A DNA stretch of 53,558 nucleotides. Source: Thermomicrobiales bacterium (GTDB lineage: Bacteria; Chloroflexota; Chloroflexia; Thermomicrobiales; CADCWN01). Under the pieces are notes generated by a model that did no database searches, was not told where the DNA came from, and worked only from the letters and a program-made list of their open reading frames with translations. This document shows positions 47,365 through 53,558 of this stretch, in pieces. The stretch covers positions 1 to 53,558 of the forward strand of contig DATCMP010000489.1 of assembly GCA_036563365.1 (NCBI GenBank), written 5' to 3'. Both the position numbers and the translations under genes were made by a program. The first letter of the stretch is position 1. The number at the start of each line of letters is the position of its first letter.

Positions 47365-47472
47365 TTGAACGCAGAGACGCGGAGCAAGAAGGAGCGTCGC
47401 AGAGAAGAAACGGAAGAATTATTTCGTCCTCTCTGCAAACTCTTTTCTTGCTCCGCGTCTCTGCGTTGAACC
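47365..47472. repeat. Palindromic repeat family A, copy 3 (purB-purC intercistronic)
   Basis: ttgaacgcagagacgcggagcaagaaggagcgtcgcagagaag ... ctctctgcaaactcttttcttgctccgcgtctctgcgttgaa. The outer ~23 bp of the arms are perfectly complementary. Confidence 0.9.
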
Positions 47473-47494
47473 GCTACCGTAGTTTGGAGGTCTG

Positions 47495-48388
47495 ATGGCC
47501 GAGCCGCTTTTGCGGATTGACTTGCCGGGGGTGCCGCTTTTCCGGCGCGGTAAGGTGCGCGACACGTTCGATCTCGGCGACCGTTTGCTGATGGTGTCGT
47601 CCGACCGGGTTTCGGCGTTCGATGTGATCATGCCGAACGGTATCCCCGGTAAGGGGACCGTGCTGACGCAACTCTCGAACTTCTGGTTCGCACGGACCAC
47701 CGGGATTGTGCGGAATCATCTCCTCGCGACCGAGCCCGCAGATTTCCCGGTCGAGTTGCAGCCCTATGCTGACGTGCTGCGCGGGCGGGCGGTGTTGGTG
47801 CGGAAGGCCGAGCGGGTCGATATCGAGTGTGTGGTCCGCGGGTATCTCTCCGGGTCGGCCTGGGTCGAGTATCAGCGGGCGGGGACCGTCTGTGGGCAGC
47901 CCTTGCCGCCCGGCCTGACCGAGAGCGTGCGGCTCCCCGCGCCGATCTTCACCCCGGCGATGAAGGCCGATGAGGGGCACGACGAGAATATCAGCGTCGA
48001 GCGGATGGCGGAGTTGGTCGGTGCGTCGCTCGCCGCCGAGTTGGAGCGCCTGACGCGCGCCGTCTATGGCGCGGCGGTCGAATACGCCGCCGAGCATGGG
48101 ATCATCATCGCTGACACGAAGCTGGAATTCGGTATCCTCGACGGTGCACCGATCCTGATCGATGAATTGCTGACCCCCGATAGCTCCCGCTTTTGGGAGG
48201 CCGATCGCTGGGAACCGGGCCGCCCGCAGGATAGCCTGGACAAGCAACCGCTGCGCGACTGGCTTTTAGCGGAGGGCTGGAACCGCGAACCACCCGCCCC
48301 GGCCCTGCCCGACGAGGTGGTTGCGCGGATGTCCGCGAAGTACCACACCGCCTACGAACGACTAACCGGGCGGGCGTTGTCACAGTGA
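47495..48388 (+). CDS. purC: Phosphoribosylaminoimidazole-succinocarboxamide (SAICAR) synthase
   Basis: LFRRGKVRDTFDLGDRLLMVSSDRVSAFD, ADTKLEFG. GGAGG lies upstream of the ATG. Confidence 0.95.
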   Translation: MAEPLLRIDLPGVPLFRRGKVRDTFDLGDRLLMVSSDRVSAFDVIMPNGIPGKGTVLTQLSNFWFARTTGIVRNHLLATEPADFPVELQPYADVLRGRAVLVRKAERVDIECVVRGYLSGSAWVEYQRAGTVCGQPLPPGLTESVRLPAPIFTPAMKADEGHDENISVERMAELVGASLAAELERLTRAVYGAAVEYAAEHGIIIADTKLEFGILDGAPILIDELLTPDSSRFWEADRWEPGRPQDSLDKQPLRDWLLAEGWNREPPAPALPDEVVARMSAKYHTAYERLTGRALSQ

Positions 48389-48394
48389 GAACGA

Positions 48395-48496
48395 TGAACG
48401 CAGAGACGCGGAGTAAGAGGGAGTTCGCAGAGCAGAAACGAGAAAATAATTCGTCTTCTCTGCGACGCTCCTTCCCCTCGGCGTCTCTGCGTTCAA
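48395..48496. repeat. Palindromic repeat family A, copy 4 (purC-purS intercistronic)
   Basis: tgaacgcagagacgcggagtaagagggagttcgcagagcag ... cttctctgcgacgctccttcccctcggcgtctctgcgttcaa. Confidence 0.9.
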
Positions 48497-48512
48497 ATTT
48501 CGGGAGTAGGTG

Positions 48513-48785
48513 ATGAGCGAGAGTAACGGGCCTATCTGGTTGGCTAGTGTCTATGTGACGTTGAAGACGGTCGTGAACGACCCGCAGGGGTTGGCGATCG
48601 CCGACGGGCTGCACACGATGGGCTATGACGGCGTGGAGGATGTCCGCGCGGGCAAATATCTGCAGGTGCGGTTGCGTGCCGCTTCCGCCGAAGAGGCGCA
48701 GCGCCTGGCCGAAGAGATGAGCGATCGGCTGCTGGCGAATACCGTCATCGAGAACTATCGCTGTGTGATCGAACCGGCGAGCTAA
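48513..48785 (+). CDS. purS: Phosphoribosylformylglycinamidine synthase subunit PurS
   Basis: About 90 aa, [21 protein letters not shown]...VRAGKYLQV. The ATG at 48513 follows GGGAG. Confidence 0.9.
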   Translation: MSESNGPIWLASVYVTLKTVVNDPQGLAIADGLHTMGYDGVEDVRAGKYLQVRLRAASAEEAQRLAEEMSDRLLANTVIENYRCVIEPAS

Positions 48786-48804
48786 CGGAAAGGACCACAC
48801 AGCC

Positions 48805-49503
48805 ATGAACTTCGGTGTCATCGTTTTCCCGGGCAGTAATGGCGATCACGACGCCCTGCACGCCATCGGCAAGGTCCTTGGGCAACCGGTGCGCGCCATC
48901 TGGCACCGGGAAACCTCGCTCGATGGGATCGAGTGTGTGATCGTGCCGGGTGGTTTCGCCTATGGCGATTACCTGCGCGCCGGGGCGATCGCCCGCTTCT
49001 CGCCGATCATGGGCGCGGTCGAACGGTTCGCGCGCGACGGTGGCCCGGTACTGGGAATCTGTAACGGCTTCCAGGTGTTGACCGAGGCGCAACTGCTGCC
49101 CGGTTCGCTGTTGCGGAACGCTGAACTTGAGTTTCGCTCGCAGTGGGTCCATGTGCGGACAGAGCGGACCGATACGCCGTTCACCTCCGGGCTGGCGGTT
49201 GGGGATGTGCTGCGGCTGCCGATCGCCCATGGTGAGGGGAGCTACTTCGCCGCGCCGGAAGAGTTGGCACGGATCGAGGCGAATGGGCAAGTGGTCTTCC
49301 GTTACTGCGACCCGACCGGCGCGGTGACCCCAGCGACCAACTTCAACGGCTCCCTCAATCACATCGCCGGGGTCTGCAACGAGCGGCGCAACGTGGTCGG
49401 CCTGATGCCGCACCCCGAGCGGGGTGCCGAAGCGATCCTTGGCGGTGCCGATGGATTGCGAATCCTGGAATCGGCGTTGTCAGTGGCCGGGGTGCGCGTC
49501 TGA
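48805..49503 (+). CDS. purQ: Phosphoribosylformylglycinamidine synthase I (glutaminase subunit PurQ)
   Basis: [29 protein letters not shown], catalytic [13 protein letters not shown]. Confidence 0.95.
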   Translation: MNFGVIVFPGSNGDHDALHAIGKVLGQPVRAIWHRETSLDGIECVIVPGGFAYGDYLRAGAIARFSPIMGAVERFARDGGPVLGICNGFQVLTEAQLLPGSLLRNAELEFRSQWVHVRTERTDTPFTSGLAVGDVLRLPIAHGEGSYFAAPEELARIEANGQVVFRYCDPTGAVTPATNFNGSLNHIAGVCNERRNVVGLMPHPERGAEAILGGADGLRILESALSVAGVRV

Positions 49504-49533
49504 ATCGAAAAGCTGATCCCATAGATAGTCAGA

Positions 49534-49568
49534 AAGGTCGCCGCTCTACAGGAGGGAGCGGCGACCTT
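49534..49568 (+). terminator. Stem-loop terminating the purBCSQ unit
   Basis: aaggtcgccgct (49534-45) and agcggcgacctt (49557-68) form a perfect 12-bp stem, followed by gttgt. Confidence 0.65.
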
Positions 49569-49578
49569 GTTGTACTGG

Positions 49579-50417
49579 CTAGGGCGTGTCCTCAGTTGTG
49601 GTAGGCTTGCGGCGTGTGGATCGGTGGCGGTGGGGGGGACATGGCGCGGCGGTATGCCCTGCGGGATGACCAGTGGGCGCGGCTCGAACACCTCTTGCCG
49701 GGACGGGCGGGCTACGTTGGCGGGACGGCGGCGGACAATCGGCTGTTCGTGGACGCGGTGCTGTACCGGTTCCGGGCGGGGATCGCCTGGCGGGACTCGC
49801 CGGAGCGTTTCGGCAAGGGGAAGTCGGTCCATCAGCGCTTCGGGCGCTGGGCGCGGGGCGGCGTGTGGGCGCGGGCCTGCGCCATCCTGAGCGCGGATGC
49901 CGATAACGAGTACGCGGCGCTCGACGCCACGATCGTGCGCGCCCACCAGCACAGCGCGGGCGCGCGCAAAAAGGGGGCGACGGCGACGAGGGGATCGGGC
50001 GCAGCAAGGGCGGGCTGAGCACCAAGATCCACGCGGTCGTGGACGCCCTCGGTAACCCCACCGCGTTCCACCTGACCGGCGGGCAGGCGTCGGAGCTGGC
50101 CGGGGCGGACGCGCTGCTGGCCGCTATCGCCGCCCCCGTCGTCATCGCGGACAAGGGCTACGACGCGGAGGCCCGCGTGCTGGCCCCGCTCCGCGCGGCG
50201 GGCAAAACGGCCGTCATCCCGCCGAAGCGCAACCGGCAAGCGCCGCGCGACGACGACCGCGACCTCTACGCCGCCCGCCACCTGATCGAAAACTTCTTCT
50301 GCAAGCTCAAGCAGTGCCGGGGGATCGCCACCCGCGACGACAAGACCCGGCGCAACTTCCTCGCCGGTATCCACCTCGCGGCGACGGCCATCCTCCTCAA
50401 CTGAGGACACGCCCTAG
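49579..50417 (+). mobile_element. IS5-family (IS427-group-like) insertion sequence
   Basis: Terminal inverted repeats ctagggcgtgtcctcagttg (49579-98) and caactgaggacacgccctag (50398-417) are perfect. Because CTAG is palindromic, this can be read as 16-bp IRs flanked by a 4-bp CTAG duplication, or as a TA duplication. Two overlapping transposase frames lie inside. Confidence 0.9.
49641..50404 (+). CDS. IS5-family DDE transposase, orfA-orfB joined by a -1 shift at the A5G5 run (49968-49977)
   Basis: orfA: MARRYALRDDQWARLEHLLPG..RFGRW. Reading the -1 frame after caaaaaggggg gives ..KGGDGDEGIGRSKGGLSTKIHAVVDALGNP..ADKGYD..IENFFCKLKQCRGIATR, the standard IS5/IS427 transposase layout. Confidence 0.85.
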
Positions 50418-50432
50418 GGTATCGTCACGCGA

Positions 50433-50944
50433 TTACGCAGCATCCCAGGGCAATTCGATCGGCTGGGTCGGCTCTTCTCCGGCGAGGAGCCGCGCGACCA
50501 AGGGGCCGAGCATCCGGGGGAAGATCAGCATGTCGGTTCGTTGCAACTCATCGAGAGTCCACCACTGATGGCCGGTGATCTGCCCACGCTCCAACGCCGT
50601 GAAGTTGCTCGTCATCACGTCCCACTGTGTGATGTAGAGCATAAAGACGAAGTCTTCAGCCTGGTAGGTGGTCGTACCGTCGCTCCAGACGCCGCGACTG
50701 ACCGCCACCGGACCCCGTAACGCTCCTGGTGGTACTTGAAGTCCCGTTTCCTCGAACAGTTCGCGCACGGCGGTTGCGGTCAGTTCCTCCCCATCTTCAG
50801 CACCGCCCCCGGTAGGAACTAGGCAGTGATGTCGCCGACGGCGGTGCTGGAAATCCTCCCCTTGAACAGCAGTACACAGGCGCGCTCATCCAGGAAGATC
50901 ACCCGCGCCGAGGTGCGCGGTACGATCGTGGGCCGACCCGTCAC
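50433..50944 (-). pseudogene. Nudix hydrolase interrupted by a frameshift (pseudogene or assembly error)
   Basis: Nudix box GGGAEDGEELTATAVRELFEETG sits in one frame. The N-terminal VTGRPTIVPRTSARVIFLDERACVLLFKG is in another frame that ends in TAG. The frames meet at a C/G4 run at 50858-50861. Confidence 0.6.
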
Positions 50945-50989
50945 GTCTTCATCCCTTCAACCCCTCCGCCTCATAGCGCCGCCCGACGG

Positions 50990-51856
50990 TTAACCTATCG
51001 AGATGCCCGCCTGCCGAAAGACCAGCGCGATCGATTCCCTGATGATCGCCAGCCGCTCGGCGTCGTTCGGCAGGTCGCGGAGTTCCTGCTTGAACGGCTC
51101 CGCCGTGACCGGGCCATCGTAGCCGATTGTGTGCAGCGCGTTGAGGAAGCCGATGATGTCGATCACGCCGGTTTCGCCCGGCAACGCACGCCGATTGTCG
51201 ATCTGCTCATCGATCGGGATGTCGAGTGGCGCATCGTTGATGTGAACATGGACGATTTGCTCGGGGCGCAGCACCTGCAAGCGTTCGAGGGTGTCGTGCG
51301 CGGTGTACCAGTGCCAGCAATCGAGCAGCAGCCCGACATTGGGGCCGAGCGCCGCGCCAAGTTCCAGCGCGCCATCGAGCGTGTAGACGAACGGATGGCG
51401 TCGCGTGTCGCGCAGCGTCTTCGGTCCGATGAATTCGAGGCCGAGTGCCACGTTATGCTCCGCGAGGATCGCCGCCGCCGGGGCCAATCGCTCGACGTGA
51501 AAGCGCCAATTCTCCGCGTATTCGCGCTCATCGTCGGCGGGCATGATTACCTGGATCGCGCGCAGGCCGCCGATCGCTGCTGCGGCAGCGGCGTTCCGTC
51601 GCAGCGTCTCCAATCCCTGTCGCCAGGTCGCTTCGTCGCCGCGCCAGTCGAGGCCGAGCGACCAGACAGCAGGCCGCACCCCTGCAGCGTCGAAGAGGTC
51701 CCGCGTCGCCGCTGCACCGTTCTTGTCGATCAAATCCGCAATCTCGGCGGCGCGAAACTCCACGCCGGTGAAGCCGCCGAGCCGTGCGGCGGCGATCGCC
51801 TCTTGCGGGCTGTCTGCCCGTACCCCGATCGCGCCGGTATTCAGTGTCGCGTACAT
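50990..51856 (-). CDS. Sugar phosphate isomerase/epimerase (xylose-isomerase-like TIM barrel)
   Basis: GFTGVEF, ALGLEFIG, LLDCWHW, IVHVHINDA. GGGAGG precedes the ATG at 51856. Confidence 0.7.
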   Translation of the reverse strand: MYATLNTGAIGVRADSPQEAIAAARLGGFTGVEFRAAEIADLIDKNGAAATRDLFDAAGVRPAVWSLGLDWRGDEATWRQGLETLRRNAAAAAAIGGLRAIQVIMPADDEREYAENWRFHVERLAPAAAILAEHNVALGLEFIGPKTLRDTRRHPFVYTLDGALELGAALGPNVGLLLDCWHWYTAHDTLERLQVLRPEQIVHVHINDAPLDIPIDEQIDNRRALPGETGVIDIIGFLNALHTIGYDGPVTAEPFKQELRDLPNDAERLAIIRESIALVFRQAGISIG

Positions 51857-51917
51857 CGTTCCTCCCTTCATGTTCATGTGATCTTTCCGGCAAGCTTGTG
51901 CCGTGTCTCGCGCCTTG

Positions 51918-52766
51918 TTATTGTCCTTCTGCATCATGGTGCGGTCGCCACGCGTCGAAGACGAGGCGCGAGAGTTTGCCGTTGAGGATCGCCCCATCGT
52001 GCTCCGGGCTGAAGAGGCGATCGTTGCTCCCTTCGGTCATCGTGCAGATCGCGTAGCGCGGGCCACCTCGCAACTCGATCAGCCCCGCATCGGCCCGGAT
52101 AGCGCCCGCCTCGCCGCTGGAAAAACCGCTCTTCGAGCGCACGATCAGATCGCCGTGATGCTCCGCACCGGTACGATTGTACGGGCTGTAGGGCAGATAC
52201 CGCGCCAACTGATCGTGGTATTGCTGCGTCACCAGGATGTCGCGGATAGCCGCGCTCGCGGCAGGTGAACCGATCGCATTGGCGTCGATCAGCGCCAGGA
52301 GGCCAACGAGATCGCGCGGGGTACTTGAACCGTACTGGCGCTCCGTCCCCATGAAGGTGGCCGCCGTACTCGCCATTCCCCAGGCGCGGGCCGACTCCAT
52401 GATCCGCTCGCGCCCGAGGCGACGGACCAGGACCGCCGTAGCGATGTTGTCCGAAAGGGCGGTCATCAACGTGGCATGATCGCGGGCGCTAAGCCTGATC
52501 GCTGGCGAGAGATCCTTGAGGATCCCGGAGCCACCGCGCTGATCCTCAGCGGCGATCGGCAGCACCTCGTCCAGGTCAACTCGCCCCGTGTCGGCCTGGC
52601 GGAAGAGTTCCGCCAGGATGAGCAGCTTGATCGTCGAGGCCGTCGGCATGACCCGGTCAGGCCGATAGCCGATCTCCGCGCCGGTCGTTAAATTAAGCGC
52701 GTAGAATGCCGCCTCGCCGCTGAACCGTTCGATCAGCCCTGCGATTTCCTGCTCGAACGCGCTCAT
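51918..52766 (-). CDS. Class A beta-lactamase-related serine hydrolase
   Basis: SxxK motif PTASTIKLLIL and SDN motif ALSDNIAT; 282 aa. Confidence 0.7.
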   Translation of the reverse strand: MSAFEQEIAGLIERFSGEAAFYALNLTTGAEIGYRPDRVMPTASTIKLLILAELFRQADTGRVDLDEVLPIAAEDQRGGSGILKDLSPAIRLSARDHATLMTALSDNIATAVLVRRLGRERIMESARAWGMASTAATFMGTERQYGSSTPRDLVGLLALIDANAIGSPAASAAIRDILVTQQYHDQLARYLPYSPYNRTGAEHHGDLIVRSKSGFSSGEAGAIRADAGLIELRGGPRYAICTMTEGSNDRLFSPEHDGAILNGKLSRLVFDAWRPHHDAEGQ

Positions 52767-52875
52767 CTGCCCCTTACGACGCTCACTGCTCTCGATCCGA
52801 GCGTCATTATCGCACCGACAGCAATCCTCTGCCGGTGAAGGCGATCATTGTCGGTGGTGTATCGCGCACGAGTGA

Positions 52876-52914
52876 GAAGGTGTGGCGTCCCTCGCGATGA
52901 GACGCCACACCTTC
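52876..52914 (-). terminator. Stem-loop downstream of the TPP enzyme gene
   Basis: gaaggtgtggcgtc / gacgccacaccttc forms a perfect 14-bp stem with an 11-nt loop. Confidence 0.6.
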
Positions 52915-52945
52915 GTTGGAGGGACTGCTTGTTGCGGGTATGTGA

Positions 52946-53558
52946 CTATTCCGCTGTCAGCGTGTAGTCCTCGCGCTGCAACATCTCGCGCACGGCGGCG
53001 GCATCGGGATCGCCGGCGGCGAGTGCCTTGGCGAGTTGCTGCTGCTGCTTCTCGGTCAGTTCCGGCGGCAACGGCGGCACCGACGGGTCGACGAGCGCGT
53101 CGATCACGACCGGACGATCGGCGGCGAGCGCTTCATCCCAGGCCGCGCCGACCCCTTCCGGCGTCTCGACGCGGATACCGCGCAGTCCCAGCAGTTCGGC
53201 GTGCTTGGCGAAGGGGATGTCGAGCAGATCCTGCGACGCCGGGAATTTCGGCTCGCCGTCCATCGCCCGTTGCTCCCAGGTGACATAGTTGAGGTCGCGG
53301 TTATTCAGTACCAGGATAATCAGGCGCGGATCTTCCCACCGTCGCCAATATTTCGCGACCGTGATCAGCGCGTTGAAGCCGCTCATCTGCATCGCCCCGT
53401 CGCCGACGAAGGCGACCGCGAGGCGGTCGGGGTAGGCGAATTTCGCCGCGATCGCGTAGGGGACGCCGGAGCCCATCGACGCGAGGCGACCCGATACCGA
53501 TGCGCGCATTCCCCGGCGGATGCGGATATTGCGCGCCATCCAGACGGTCGAGGTGCCC
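52946..53558 (-). CDS. Thiamine-pyrophosphate-dependent enzyme, C-terminal part (pyruvate oxidase/PoxB- or acetolactate-synthase-like); 5' end outside window
   Basis: TPP-binding motif GDGAMQMSGFNALITVAKYW..LIILVLNNRDL. The ORF is open to the window end. Confidence 0.75.
   Translation of the reverse strand, partial: GTSTVWMARNIRIRRGMRASVSGRLASMGSGVPYAIAAKFAYPDRLAVAFVGDGAMQMSGFNALITVAKYWRRWEDPRLIILVLNNRDLNYVTWEQRAMDGEPKFPASQDLLDIPFAKHAELLGLRGIRVETPEGVGAAWDEALAADRPVVIDALVDPSVPPLPPELTEKQQQQLAKALAAGDPDAAAVREMLQREDYTLTAE

Noticed and set aside
15652-48496. Whether the four palindromic repeats represent a CRISPR array or its remnants
   Set aside because: The copies are dispersed over 33 kb, are ~105-130 nt long hairpins with no regular short spacers, and no cas genes are present. 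The pattern is REP/MITE-like, not CRISPR.

Overview
High-G+C bacterial chromosomal segment. Gene content, F420-type redox enzymes and dispersed palindromic repeats suggest a Chloroflexota-like organism, but that is only a guess. I support about 45 protein-coding genes.

(1) 1-10084, + strand: a glycosylation block. It holds a 5'-truncated GT2, a tandem-GT2 fusion, a GT4, a GT-C (GT39/ArnT-like) enzyme and a ~1220-aa polytopic membrane protein. The last has a GT-C-like loop motif and four internal beta-rich repeats. Next come a PIG-L/LmbE deacetylase and, on the opposite strand, an MBOAT plus membrane-anchored SGNH pair (PatA/PatB-like O-acylation module).

(2) 14.2-17.0 kb: small detox/regulatory genes (DinB, TetR, MFS).

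(3) 17.4-22.5 kb: an sbcD/Mre11-type nuclease with no adjacent sbcC, a ~1060-aa TPR / acidic-disordered / TPR protein, and a Roadblock/LC7 protein.

(4) 22.6-24.5 kb: a small islet of hypothetical genes plus a DUF2726-topoisomerase zinc-finger protein.

(5) Purine genes lie in two places: purL-purD at 24.7-28.3 kb and purB-purC-purS-purQ at 46.0-49.5 kb. Between them are a PLP Cys/Met enzyme, two F420-type flavin/deazaflavin proteins, an NmrA-like protein, a DnaQ-GIY-YIG nuclease fusion, and an alpha/beta hydrolase-PadR pair. Further genes there are a FAD monooxygenase, an eroded prolyl-oligopeptidase pseudogene, GNAT, AKR, an RclA/MerA-like disulfide reductase, and a PI3/4-kinase-like SCO1664-family protein. 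A zinc-ribbon membrane protein, a DAO-type oxidase and a GT87-like membrane protein complete the stretch.

(6) 49.6-50.4 kb: an IS5-family (IS427-like) insertion sequence with perfect inverted repeats and a frameshifted transposase. It lies next to a frameshifted Nudix gene.

(7) The window ends with a sugar-phosphate isomerase, a class-A beta-lactamase-like serine hydrolase and a 5'-truncated TPP enzyme (PoxB-like).

No rRNA, tRNA or CRISPR array was found.

Most notable non-genic signal: a ~105-130 nt palindromic repeat family with four copies plus an orphan half-arm. Two copies fill the intercistronic gaps of purB-purC-purS. Other items worth a second look are the giant GT-C-like protein, the TPR-IDR/Roadblock pair, a hairpin-dense low-GC spacer at 18.67-18.93 kb, and a possible SOS box in front of the DnaQ-GIY-YIG gene. 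I could not identify one clearly new multi-gene system. All family assignments come from motif recognition by eye and need HMM or structure confirmation.
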